A DNA stretch of 64,000 nucleotides. Origin: Paramoeba atlantica. Its lineage: Eukaryota > Protista > Discosea. Made by a program: the position numbers and the translations under genes. The stretch lies in contig CDRNVI010000016.1 of the NCBI GenBank assembly GCA_977017575.1, positions 456,165-520,164 on the forward strand, given 5' to 3'. Positions 20,825-31,306 of the stretch are shown piece after piece; positions within the stretch are counted from its first letter, which is position 1; each line of letters opens with the position of its first letter. The notes beneath the pieces were generated by a model. That model searched no databases and was not told where the DNA came from. It saw only the letters and a program-made list of their open reading frames with translations.

Positions 20825-22489
20825 ATGGCGTCGTTGTTCCCGTACGACAGCGATGATGATTTCCCTTATCAAGCGGACGATGCGAAATCCTTATTATCGC
20901 CGGACGTCTCATTAACTTCTTGCACCTCGTATCCACAGATGTATGCGAAGGGTGCGGTTGTGAATCTCACGCCGACACCTTGTGATGATTTAGTTAGTAG
21001 TCTTCCTTTCAGACAGGATTTGGTGCAGAATTCTGTGCAACTTGGTACAAAGAAAGTTCTTTCCGATAAGAAAGCTTCATTGCACTCCAAAACGAAACTT
21101 CAACAAAATTTTGCGAATGCCCCGCTTTCGACACCGAGGCTTTCCGTTTCAAAACTAGACACTTCCTTGCCCGAATTTCCCATTCGGATAGATCCTCTCA
21201 GAGCAGACGAAAAGCCCCGAATCGCAGACATTGAACCCGTTAGGGATGCGCTGCCTCCTTTTTCCACTCAACCGACATCATTTTCCCCTCCCATGCCCAG
21301 TCGCACCATTTTTCATTTTCCCCATCACGCACCGAGTAGCAGAAAACCTTCTTGGTTCAGCAACAACACGACACGCCATTTCAATCAAACCGTTTCCTCT
21401 CGCTACCCCGCGCTTCCCCAGCACGAAATGTACGCCTTTCGAAACACCCATCTCGGAGGCGTCACGGTGTTACGGTGGGTTCCTTCCGTCCGCTCCCCCC
21501 GGTACTTCCTATCCGCGGGGATGGATGGGCTGGTACGGCTGTGGGACTGTGAGTTCGAAGCTCACGCGCTCGGGCCCGTGGTGTCCTATCAAGGACATCA
21601 GAGAGGGATACGCGACGTGTGTACTTTGAGCACCGAAAAATTTATTAGCGCAAGTTTTGATGGGTATATCAGAGAGTGGGATGTGGAAAGTGGGACATCC
21701 TGTAGGGCGTATTCATTTTCTAGTCAAAATTCAGCATCCCCGTCTTTATGTGATGGAGGTTTTCCCTCCTGTTTAGAAGTTCCGCGGCTTTCATATGGTA
21801 ACAGTACAGCTACAAACTCAAACTATGTAGAGAGAAACGCTGGAGTAAACAATTGGGCGCCATTTGAGTCAAGTTCAACATCAAACCCGGGTGTCAGTGA
21901 TTCCGTCTTTTTTAGTGGTCACTCCAAGGGAGCAATATGCCAGTGGGATCGTAGATCTCATCGAGCAGTGTCTGTGTGGAAATATCACGGGGAATCTATT
22001 AATGATCTACTTTATTCCGCTCATAATAATATCATGATCAGCTGTAGTGACGATAAGACACTCCGTTGTCTTGACGGGAGAATGCCAAAGCAATACAAGT
22101 GCGTCGCTGCATCACACATGAATGTGATTATGAACTTGAGTAGAGTTTCTGAGGGCTCTATGAAAACAATATTTCTGGCACATTCAATGGACAATCAAAT
22201 ACTCACGTATTCGTGTACAGGTCAGACCTTGCGACTTGAAGACTCGAAATCTTTCTCTGGTCATATCGTAGTAGGATACCGAATTGCTGCGCATTGTAGC
22301 CCAGATGCGAAATATATTTCATCCGGCGATAGCACAGGAAATTTTTGGTTATGGGAGGCGAAGTCACACCGTGTTGTGCGAAAATTTATGGCCCATGGTG
22401 GGTGCGTTTTATGCACACATTTGTGGCATCCTTCTTTACCTTACCTTGTCACGGGCGCTTGGGATGGTGGTATTAAAATTTGGTATTAA
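20825..22489 (+). CDS. CDC40: WD40 second-step splicing factor Prp17/CDC40
   Basis: LSAGMDGLVRLWD, YQGHQRGIRD, HSMDNQI, FSGHIVVGY…SPDAKYISSGD, WHP…GAWDGGIKIW. Confidence 0.85.
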   Translation: MASLFPYDSDDDFPYQADDAKSLLSPDVSLTSCTSYPQMYAKGAVVNLTPTPCDDLVSSLPFRQDLVQNSVQLGTKKVLSDKKASLHSKTKLQQNFANAPLSTPRLSVSKLDTSLPEFPIRIDPLRADEKPRIADIEPVRDALPPFSTQPTSFSPPMPSRTIFHFPHHAPSSRKPSWFSNNTTRHFNQTVSSRYPALPQHEMYAFRNTHLGGVTVLRWVPSVRSPRYFLSAGMDGLVRLWDCEFEAHALGPVVSYQGHQRGIRDVCTLSTEKFISASFDGYIREWDVESGTSCRAYSFSSQNSASPSLCDGGFPSCLEVPRLSYGNSTATNSNYVERNAGVNNWAPFESSSTSNPGVSDSVFFSGHSKGAICQWDRRSHRAVSVWKYHGESINDLLYSAHNNIMISCSDDKTLRCLDGRMPKQYKCVAASHMNVIMNLSRVSEGSMKTIFLAHSMDNQILTYSCTGQTLRLEDSKSFSGHIVVGYRIAAHCSPDAKYISSGDSTGNFWLWEAKSHRVVRKFMAHGGCVLCTHLWHPSLPYLVTGAWDGGIKIWY

Positions 22490-22687
22490 AATTTGGGGTG
22501 AAAATTATCGTGCAATACATTCTATTATTGATTCTATACATTTTCGTTCATTCTGGTGTATTCGAATTAGGTATTCGATTTAAATAGTATGCTTACAACG
22601 ACGTTAATCGTAGAAAACCCCGAATTTATGCTGTAAATCTGCCAATAGAATACATGTTTCGCAAGTTTAGGTGATTTCATTACATAG

Positions 22688-23266
22688 ATGTTTGCGACTT
22701 TTTACTTTTCGGAAGGGCATCGCCGCTGGCTCTCGTTCGCTGTTTATTTCTGGATATGCATTGTGGTCATACCGTTAGGTACTGTGGGATTTGTCTTGAT
22801 TCCTATTATGAGAGATCCTTGTCCAGATCTTCCTGAAAGTGCTTTTATTTACTGCTCTAAAGATGCCTGTCTATCAGCCATTTGGGTCATAATTGCGTGT
22901 GCGTGCTACATGGTCAGGGCTGTGATTTTGATCATCGTTATATCACTGTTGCTTACGTCGCTGATAAAAATGGCGAATCTTTGTCATTTCGTTACAAAGA
23001 AATTCGTTCTTTTGCTGCACCTTTTTGTGTCCGTGAGCAGTATTATTGGCCTTGCAACTTACGTATTTACTTGTTCGTGTGGTTCCTCATGTGAACCATA
23101 CTTGCTTCCGCGAAATGAACTAATCATTTCTATTCTTATACTTGCTTCATTCGATATTATTTTCTCGGCATTGTTGACGTTCATTTCCTCGAGTTTATTG
23201 AAAGATTCCGTCCTGTGTCGAAGCGAAGCAAGAAAAAGAAGGTCCCCTAAGATTACTACCGTATAA
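22688..23266 (+). CDS. Four-TM Cys-rich membrane protein whose present stop codon is supplied by an inserted element
   Basis: Four hydrophobic helices; TAA 23264-23266 lies inside the element that starts at 23259. Confidence 0.75.
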   Translation: MFATFYFSEGHRRWLSFAVYFWICIVVIPLGTVGFVLIPIMRDPCPDLPESAFIYCSKDACLSAIWVIIACACYMVRAVILIIVISLLLTSLIKMANLCHFVTKKFVLLLHLFVSVSSIIGLATYVFTCSCGSSCEPYLLPRNELIISILILASFDIIFSALLTFISSSLLKDSVLCRSEARKRRSPKITTV

Positions 23267-23963
23267 ACCCCCCCCCGAGTAGTAGGACCCCGGCCAGTAA
23301 TAGCCCCCCACCACCAGTAATACCCCCCAGTAACAAAGATTTGGCTCGGGAGGGTGGTTGGAGGGGGGAGGGGGTGTTGGGGAGGGTGGTGGTGGACGGG
23401 CGGGATGAGGGTGGCTGCTCAGGGGCGAATCGCGCAGTTGTGCGGTTGGCTGGGCGGAAAATCAACGCACTCACAAGCAAAAAAGGTCTTTGTTAAGCAT
23501 AACCCCCAGTAACATGAATTTGACCATTTTGGTTCAAAATAGATTCTGTTGCTGGGGGGCATACGGTAATAATATTTGTAATTTCTCTATCGTAGGCCAA
23601 AAATATTCTGGGAGATACTACACCCCCGCCAAAAAGTATTGTAATTTGTTACCGTATACCCCCCCAGTAACCGAATGGGTTTTGGGTCGAAATGGCCAAA
23701 TCTCTCTTACTGGGGGGGGGTATGCTTTTTTGGTCAGGTTCCTCTTTTCTCCCAACTTTTTTGACTATTTTTTCTATTTTTCTGAAAACGTGTTAAAACG
23801 CTTCTTTGGGTTACCCCCAAGGTCCCCAACATGCAGTCACTCACCCCCTACCCCCTATACGCCTCCTATTGGGCTCCCAAGCAAAATCTCTCTTACTGGG
23901 GGTCAGCCTAAAAAGGGTCAAATTGCTCTTACTGGGGGGTATCTTACTGGGGGGGGTATACGG
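23259..23963. mobile_element. Non-autonomous TA-flanked element (MITE-like) with CCGTATA termini and oriented CCCCCAGTAA subterminal repeats
   Basis: TA|CCGTATAAACCCC… …GGGGTATACGG|TA. Multiple CCCCCAGTAA copies in the left half and TTACTGGGGG copies in the right half. Removing the element restores the host reading frame. Confidence 0.85.
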
Positions 23964-24278
23964 TAGTATGAAGTCTATGGAAACATAGCATGGCTCACAC
24001 AGCACAAAGGCAGTACAATTGGAAGTACAATTTGGAATTGGTAGTATTGACCACGAATTTTTGGTCGATACTAATGTAGAGGAAGAAGGAGGCGCAAGAT
24101 TAAAAGCGGAAGGCTGGGCTTTCTTCCTTTTGCACAGGAAAGATTTAGGAGTCTAAGGAGTTGGGTTCAGGGTCAATGGTAGGCAGTATTGGAAGTAACT
24201 GGGAAGTATTGGAAAAGGGCAGTTAAAAAACTTGTTAATTGTTTTGAACATCTATGTAATATTCGTGCTACACTGTGA

Positions 24279-24884
24279 ATGCTGCAGGTATATAGGAAAC
24301 TGTTGAAAAAGTCTGGAAAGCCCACTGAGCTTCCAGAATACAAGTACGTGTACGCGCCTTGGGAAGGCGATGGCCCATCACAGGAGCAAATTGAGCGAGC
24401 GCGGCGTAAATTTCAAACAGCAGCATCTTGGAAGCCACCCTACAAACCAATGACAGTCCCACATGTCCCAGATAATATGTACACCTTTGGCAAGGAGGGC
24501 ATGACTGTCCCGATTGCTATCTTTAAAGGGCAGGAAGACCCCGTCATTGGACCCGAGTGGACTTATCCTGGAATCTATGATATAAAAAAGTACGCAGCTG
24601 CGACCACAACAGAACAGCTTATCATGAAGGATCGAGAACTGAGATCGCAGGGAGAGTCTCTTCCCTACTGGCAAAGACGCTCGTTGCGCGTTCGAACGAA
24701 TAACATTAACTTCATGGCGGGCGTTAAAATTCGTAGGGTAAGGTACGGCGCGTGGAGACCATTCCAACGTGTAAAAGGAAAAAAGACTAAATCTAGAGCC
24801 GAAACAGCCGCCCAAAAAAAGGCTGAGGCAGCGGCCGCTGCAGAAAAACAAAAACTTGAAGCGAAAGACACAACGAAGAAATGA
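24279..24884 (+). CDS. Probable mitochondrial ribosomal protein, mL54-like
   Basis: AIFKGQEDPVIGPEWTYPGIY resembles the mL54 NIxKxGxDPVxxPDSEYPEWL motif; MLQVYRKLLKK presequence; Lys/Ala-rich tail. Confidence 0.5.
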   Translation: MLQVYRKLLKKSGKPTELPEYKYVYAPWEGDGPSQEQIERARRKFQTAASWKPPYKPMTVPHVPDNMYTFGKEGMTVPIAIFKGQEDPVIGPEWTYPGIYDIKKYAAATTTEQLIMKDRELRSQGESLPYWQRRSLRVRTNNINFMAGVKIRRVRYGAWRPFQRVKGKKTKSRAETAAQKKAEAAAAAEKQKLEAKDTTKK

Positions 24885-25017
24885 TAGTAAGTTGAATCAG
24901 ATGGGAAACTCGAATGTAATATTGTTTGTTAGAAGAACAAGAACGAACAGAGTTGTTTGTTGGTAAGAAACTCCCTCCACGAAGTATATTACCATTATTT
25001 TATATTCGCATTTGATT

Positions 25018-25665
25018 ATGCTACGCGTTCTTTTGGACTACCCGTCCTATCGTAGGAAGGTTCAGCAAGGTGTAGTAGGGCTATCTGGTAGTGACCAGCT
25101 ACGCAAACCACATAAGGTTGGTAAAGGGCTACTTTCTTCAGAAACTAAGTTGCAGCAACTTGTCCGGAACAGCAATCCGAACCATTCAACGAATAGCAAT
25201 CCGGACCATTCTTGGAGAGCGGAAAATGATGTTTGCTTGTGGTCTGGTGTAGTTTGCGATCCCTACAATGTAGTTGTGAAACTTTCATGGGACTTCTATG
25301 GGTTGTCTGGTACTCTTGATTTTAATTATTTCCCCGAAACCATTAAACTGGTGTATCTGGATGGAAACAATTTTGTCGGTAATGTAGATCTTCAATTTCT
25401 TCCTGGAGTTTTGGAGCATTTGGAATTTTCACATAATCGATTCACCGGCACTCCTGAGCTACGGTACCTTCCAGAGAACTTGATACACTTGCATTTTGCA
25501 GGGAATTGTTTTAAGGGGTACATAGATCTGAGCTGATTGCCAAGAACGCTTGTCTCGCTTATGATTTATAACAATCCTGAGCTCAAGGGAGAGCTTGTGC
25601 TATCTAAACTTCCAGTTAGCTTAGTTTACAAGAAATGGCATGGCACCGAAATCACGTGCATATAG
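25018..25665 (+). pseudogene. LRR protein (DLxxLP-type repeats) interrupted by an in-frame TGA at 25534-25536
   Basis: CLWSGVVCD cap; repeats LDFNYFPETI, VDLQFLPGVL, PELRYLPENL, IDLS*LPRTL, LVLSKLPVSL. The frame continues 42 codons past the TGA to TAG 25663-25665. Confidence 0.8.
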
Positions 25666-26407
25666 GATAGGATGTAAGAACGACAGTGTTTATTTACTTT
25701 TGAAGTAAAAATTATATTATAAAAATTATGTTATAAAAATTATATTATTGGTCTAATCTCCCATTTTTTTCCCAAATGTTTTTTGAAGTTTTGAAGGGCA
25801 CTCCAAATACTAAAATTAGTTACTTGGATTTCATCTGCCCATCTTCTGAGGCTGAAATATGGACCATTCGTGCTTTCCATTTCCCATTTCGCTCGTTCAT
25901 GTATTGTCCATACAGTATCGATACTCCACCGAACTCTATAAGTGTGTCACACCTTTTGCCAACCTGGTGTGGCACAATTTGAGCCCTAGAATTTGAGTCC
26001 TTGTTTTCTATAAATGTCCCCGAATGTCTCGGTGTAAATAAGTCAAAGTCTTCTCTTTCGTCAATACCAATCTAGTAGGATTGTAAAATCACTGAACTCG
26101 AAAAAACGTTGAAGTATTTTTTTTTTGAAACAAATTTGGGAGATTCCACCAAACATTTTCGTAAGTCAAAAGACTTGGTCAAAAGTACTTTACTATGGGG
26201 AAATACATTATGGGATTATGATTTTTTGTTTCACTGGATTCGACTAAATCATTCGCTGTTTCATCCCTGATAAACAACCATCGTGAACTGTCAGGAAAAA
26301 GTTTCCATACGTTTTTGTTGGTTCGACGTTCTTTATCAGATGCAGTTATTTTCTACAGTAGGATGCAGTCTACAATTTACATTATTGTTGATTCTTTTCA
26401 GTTCAAG

Positions 26408-27403
26408 ATGAGGACTAGTGCCCATGTTTCAAATCGGCTACGCTCTGCATACTACGTGAACGCCATTTCGTATTGGAGAATCCGGAGCTGGAAAACCTTT
26501 TTGACAAGACAGGATAGTGTAGCCCCGATGCGCACCACAGCACTGAAGTACCGCCCTTATTCAACGCAGACTCTTGTGCCAACCGATGAATCTGTGAACG
26601 TATCCCGAGCCTCCGGCAAAAGTCCTACAGCTCTTGTTAGTGCGTCGTGTACGCCAAATCCTATCAGTCGTATGTTTCGAGGTCCTCAGTACCTTCTTCC
26701 TGGACAAATATTAAGTGTACAATCACACACGGATGCAAATAAGTTTCCATTGGTGAAACGTTTATACGAAGCCGGGGAAAATATGCTACGTGATGTATAC
26801 GTGACTGATAATTGCCTCACAATTAGCCTCGACTCCACGGGAGACATTAACGTGGAAGAGGTATGGAATCGCTTTGCACCTCTTTTTTGCGAGATCATTG
26901 CGGAATTTGTGTTTGTCTCTTTAGAAAAAACACCCCATTTATCCAATGAAACTGATCGGGACAGAAGCTACGATTCAACTTTGTACACAGGGCGCATTGT
27001 AAATCTCTTCAGTGGAGAGGCGTACGATGATGCAGCCATCTCTACTGTACCGGAATTTAGTTCAGGAGATGACGATACGGAACCCAAGGCGACGGATTCA
27101 GATGCTGTACTAGCCATAAAAGAACTTCTTGCTACACGTGTTAAGCCAATGTTACAGGCGGACGGTGGCAACTTGAAGTTTGTCGGTATGGATAGTGACG
27201 GAATCGTGTACATCCTTCTTCAAGGCGCATGTGTGTCATGTCCAAGTAGCTCTATTACGCTGAAGAATGGGATCGAAAGAATGCTAATGCACTGGGTTCC
27301 TGAAGTTCTCGAGGTACAAGAAGTAGATGAAAACTATGCACGCGAATGGAATCAACAAGAACAGAAAGGCGCAGGATCTAAATCTAGTGAATCACCGAAG
27401 TGA
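26408..27403 (+). CDS. NFU1: NFU1-type Fe-S cluster carrier (Nfu_N plus NifU domain); start uncertain (ATG 26363, 26408 or 26528)
   Basis: IKELLATRVKPMLQADGGNL…LQGACVSCPSSSITLKNGIERML with the CxxC motif; FPLVKRLY…VYVTDNCLTI Nfu_N-like region. Confidence 0.92.
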   Translation: MRTSAHVSNRLRSAYYVNAISYWRIRSWKTFLTRQDSVAPMRTTALKYRPYSTQTLVPTDESVNVSRASGKSPTALVSASCTPNPISRMFRGPQYLLPGQILSVQSHTDANKFPLVKRLYEAGENMLRDVYVTDNCLTISLDSTGDINVEEVWNRFAPLFCEIIAEFVFVSLEKTPHLSNETDRDRSYDSTLYTGRIVNLFSGEAYDDAAISTVPEFSSGDDDTEPKATDSDAVLAIKELLATRVKPMLQADGGNLKFVGMDSDGIVYILLQGACVSCPSSSITLKNGIERMLMHWVPEVLEVQEVDENYAREWNQQEQKGAGSKSSESPK

Positions 27404-27569
27404 GAATACATCTTTTTCCTTGTCAATTATGCTACACTATTAAAACTATTCATTTCCTCATATTGATATGAATTCCTTATCTTGATATTGAAAGCAAAAG
27501 CATTAATCATAATTTTTTATAGGTCGATTGCATCATCTGCTTTAAAACAATATAAGATTTGTCATAAAA

Positions 27570-28043
27570 ATGCGAAGCAAACCTTCCCGTTCCACTGCGA
27601 GACCGACACATTCCTCCTCGACTCCTCATCGAGGCGGGTTGTTTGGGAGCGCTCAACGGTCCCACTCTACGAATGCAAAAAGTGGAGCACCCGGTGCAGC
27701 AACGAGGACACAACCTGCTCCTCATTCGTCCGGACTTATGGGGACACTAGCGGCAAGTGCCACGGGGGCAATCGCTGGTAGTGCATTGAGTCGGGCAATG
27801 TTTGGCAACTCGCAACCAGTGGAAGAATACGCAACTGGTGATAACAGTGCGGTACAAGGGAACGATACTTTTAATCCTACTGATTCTTCTGGACAACATT
27901 TGAAAGCACATCCGTGTGCTCCTGAAATGAATAATTTTATTCAATGTATGGAATCGAATCATGAAGGAAGTGATTTTGTAAGTTGTCGTTGGCCATGGGA
28001 GACCTTCGAGCAATGTCACAGAAAATTTCCGCAACGATTCTAA
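27570..28043 (+). CDS. Twin CX9C CHCH protein, CHCHD2/Mix17-like
   Basis: GLMGTLAASATGAIAGSALSRAMFG helix; CAPEMNNFIQC and CRWPWETFEQC twin CX9C motifs. Confidence 0.9.
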   Translation: MRSKPSRSTARPTHSSSTPHRGGLFGSAQRSHSTNAKSGAPGAATRTQPAPHSSGLMGTLAASATGAIAGSALSRAMFGNSQPVEEYATGDNSAVQGNDTFNPTDSSGQHLKAHPCAPEMNNFIQCMESNHEGSDFVSCRWPWETFEQCHRKFPQRF

Positions 28044-28576
28044 AGTTTAGCATTGTTATAATCCTACCCGTTCTCTATATTTTATTGCTCCTTTTTTTGA
28101 AATCCCTTTTGTTTCGAACATTGGATATGTTCGTCCTTCTTTATACCCCGTAGATTGACAAATCAGCAAAGTGTCCTGAGTACTGCTTGTAATATGATGT
28201 TACTCCTGGCGCAACGATATAATGTCGTAACCAGAGATGGTTAGAAATATTGTGAAACCGTTCCAATTGTTCCCCAACTATTTTACTGCTCTGCACATCC
28301 ACGTATGTAAGCACATGTACGGGTAACAAATGTATGTATTTCTCAGTAGAAAAACGTATTATCAGACTGCAACTATTATCAGAACTGTTTATCCTACGCT
28401 GTCACTTTTTTTTGGTTGGACGAATTTTTTGCAACTCTAGAGCGTGTCATAAATTCTTTCATATTGTTGATCCATTGCCATTTCTTTTATGTACTTTGTG
28501 CACTTATTATACTTTTTCTATTATTAGCATTATTATTATTTAGTAAAGGTTTTTCTATTATACACGTTACCCGCAT

Positions 28577-31306
28577 ATGAAGAAAGCTAAAATATTTGCC
28601 CGCAAGGTGGTTACGGTAAAAAATCGTTTCCCTGAGCCAAAGAGTCATGATAGAGCTATGGCTGGATCCCCAAAACTTCGGAGTGATGTGCATTGCGGGA
28701 TTATCGGATGCAGCGAATGCGTTTTATTTGAGCTGCCCGACGAAAGTGGCACGTTGCGTGCCGACAAGCCAATAGTAATTCCAACTGATTTTGTGCTAAG
28801 GAAATTTCACGACATTTTATCCCAATCCAGTGTTCAAAACGTTGTTCTTCTAGCTACCGTCGCAAAGGAGCTTCAATCTCAACATAGAACTGTGTACATG
28901 GCAATGACATCCAATAAAGCACCATGGTGGTATTATTTTCCGAACGATTTTCACCTCGGGACGTACGTTGCAAAGCACGAAACCGGACAAAGCGCAGATT
29001 CCGATGAAGGAGGAGATTTTACAATTGCTTGTGTGAATAAAGCCGTAGAGTGGTACCGTAGTCACACATCACTTCACGTCATTCAGTTAATTACATACGA
29101 TGATGTATTGCAGTTTGTTCAACATACCATCGGGAAAAGTGATATGTGGGGTGATCGCGTAACCGAAACCTTCGAAGAACTCCTGAACTCAGATCACGCT
29201 AAGTCAAACGCTGAAAATGAGCCTTCATCCAAACCAAGTTGTACAGAACATCTTTCCGAAAAGGAAATGAAGTCCCTAATCTCTTCCGGGAAGGCATTCA
29301 GTGCAACACTTGACTCGACTGCTGCATTTTTCGCATCATGCATGTGTCGGTGCCAGGATACGACGCTATCGCGTGTACAGATCTCAGGGGCACATGCTAT
29401 CAACCGGGCACTTCACGGAGACACTGTGTGTATTGAAATTTTGGAAAAGAACGACACAGATCCCGATGCAAGAGAGAATCTCACTGGGCGTGTGAGAGGC
29501 ATCCTACAAAAAGGACGAAGAACCATTTGTGGTGTCATTGATGTTGAAAATCCGGGCTTGTTCTTACCCCGAAACTCCAAATTTCCAAAGATCAAACTTT
29601 TGGCACGAAGCCCTGAGCGATGGAGTAATTACTGGCTTCTACTTTCCGTTGAGGAGTGGAAATGCGATGCTACTTACCCCTCTGGTCACGTAGTAGAAAA
29701 CTTGGGCCCTCGCGGCGATAAAGATGTTGAAGCGAAGGTAATCCTATTCGAGCATAATATTCCCCACTACGATTTCAGTCAATCAGTTCTCGCCTGTTTA
29801 CCAACCGGCGAGTGGATTGCAGCTTCGACAGGTCGTCGAGATATGCGGCACATTGCGATATGTAGTGTTGATCCCGAAGGATGCAAGGATATTGACGATG
29901 CACTGCACTGCGTCACTTTAGAAAATGGTAATTTTGAAGTAGGTGTTCATATTGCTGACGTATCCCATTTTGTCAAGGAGGGCACTGAGTTAGATCTTGA
30001 AGCTCGTCGAAGAGGCACTAGTGTATATTTGGTAGACCGACGAATTGATATGCTTCCGAAACTCTTTACTGAGAATTTGTGTTCGCTAGTAAGTGGTGAA
30101 GATCGCTATACATTTTCCGCTCTTTTTGAAGTTGATTCAAATTGCAATTTGGTGCGCACTGCGTATTGTAAAGGTATAGTCTGTAGTCGGGCCAGTTTAT
30201 CTTATGAAGTCGCTCAAGGCATTATCGATAACGATAAGAGTACGTCTGAATTGGCTGCTCCATTACGAAATCTCTTGCACTTGAGCAATTGTTTGAAGGC
30301 GAAAAGGAAGGAAGCAGGAGCAGTGTTCCTGCATTCTCTTGAGTTCAAATTTAAACTGGATGATCATCATCTGAATCCAACAGACATGATACAGTATGAA
30401 TCGTACGATACGAATTCAATGATAGAAGAATGGATGTTATTTGCCAATCAAGCAGTAGCACAAGAGATTTTTAACGCCTCGCCCCAATGGGCACTGCTGC
30501 GAAGGCACACGCCGCCCAACCCCTCACTACTAGAGCCACTGAATCAAGCTTTAAAACAACGGGGACTGCAGCTTGACGCCCGATCATCGGGAGCGCTAAA
30601 CGCTTCGCTGGAAAAATGCGTACAAGTTGATGATGCACAATTTCAAAATATAGTACGCGCAATGGCAACCAGGTGTATGCAAAGAGCTACGTACATTAGC
30701 AGTGGGGACTTCAAGGCTGATGAATATTCACACTTTGGGTTGGCCTTACCCATATACACTCATTTCACGAGCCCCATACGCCGATATGCCGATCTTCTAG
30801 TGCATCGACAGTTAGAAGCGGCAATTGGACACTCCTCCCCATCGCTGCAACATAGCACCGAAGGCTACATGACTGAAACAGCTACCATACTAAACATCAG
30901 ACATGAGAATGCGCAAAGTGCTGGACGTGACAGTCAGTCCATACACACCCAATATTACGTTTACCAAAATATGGATACCGGACTTTGCACTAAGCAACAG
31001 GAACCTCTTGCGGCGCAAAATGTTCGTGGGTATATCACGCGCAAGAGGCAAGATGGAGTTTTCATGGTATTGCTGCCTCGCCTTGGATTAGAAGGTCCCA
31101 TACAGGATGTGGAGTGCACAAGCACTACAGATACGGGGAAGACGAAAGATTTAGATCTACTCTCCGCGGTTCAAATCGACGTTGTGAAAGTAGGAAATAC
31201 CAAAAAAGAGAGCCGCATACAGAATATCAGTGGTCGGTTTACATTTCGTAAGCACGATCCCTTGGACGCTTTCCTGACAGAGCCCGAACATAAACTTTCA
31301 TCTTAA
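28577..31306 (+). CDS. DIS3: Exosome ribonuclease Rrp44/Dis3 (CR3-PIN-CSD-RNB)
   Basis: DVHCGIIGCSEC CR3 motif; SVDPEGCKDIDDALH RNB active site; GTSVYL; HFTSPIRRYADLLVHRQL. Confidence 0.95.
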   Translation: MKKAKIFARKVVTVKNRFPEPKSHDRAMAGSPKLRSDVHCGIIGCSECVLFELPDESGTLRADKPIVIPTDFVLRKFHDILSQSSVQNVVLLATVAKELQSQHRTVYMAMTSNKAPWWYYFPNDFHLGTYVAKHETGQSADSDEGGDFTIACVNKAVEWYRSHTSLHVIQLITYDDVLQFVQHTIGKSDMWGDRVTETFEELLNSDHAKSNAENEPSSKPSCTEHLSEKEMKSLISSGKAFSATLDSTAAFFASCMCRCQDTTLSRVQISGAHAINRALHGDTVCIEILEKNDTDPDARENLTGRVRGILQKGRRTICGVIDVENPGLFLPRNSKFPKIKLLARSPERWSNYWLLLSVEEWKCDATYPSGHVVENLGPRGDKDVEAKVILFEHNIPHYDFSQSVLACLPTGEWIAASTGRRDMRHIAICSVDPEGCKDIDDALHCVTLENGNFEVGVHIADVSHFVKEGTELDLEARRRGTSVYLVDRRIDMLPKLFTENLCSLVSGEDRYTFSALFEVDSNCNLVRTAYCKGIVCSRASLSYEVAQGIIDNDKSTSELAAPLRNLLHLSNCLKAKRKEAGAVFLHSLEFKFKLDDHHLNPTDMIQYESYDTNSMIEEWMLFANQAVAQEIFNASPQWALLRRHTPPNPSLLEPLNQALKQRGLQLDARSSGALNASLEKCVQVDDAQFQNIVRAMATRCMQRATYISSGDFKADEYSHFGLALPIYTHFTSPIRRYADLLVHRQLEAAIGHSSPSLQHSTEGYMTETATILNIRHENAQSAGRDSQSIHTQYYVYQNMDTGLCTKQQEPLAAQNVRGYITRKRQDGVFMVLLPRLGLEGPIQDVECTSTTDTGKTKDLDLLSAVQIDVVKVGNTKKESRIQNISGRFTFRKHDPLDAFLTEPEHKLSS

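Noticed and set aside
23256-23988. ORFs 23256-23480, 23490-23966 and 23806-23988 as genes
   Set aside because: They are translations of the element's G/C-run repeats; only the last 7 codons of 23806-23988 are meaningful, as the displaced host C-terminus.
9096-27403. Stop-codon reassignment (suggested by the TGA in the LRR gene)
   Set aside because: TAA, TAG and TGA all terminate well-conserved genes at expected positions, and no other conserved ORF has internal stops.
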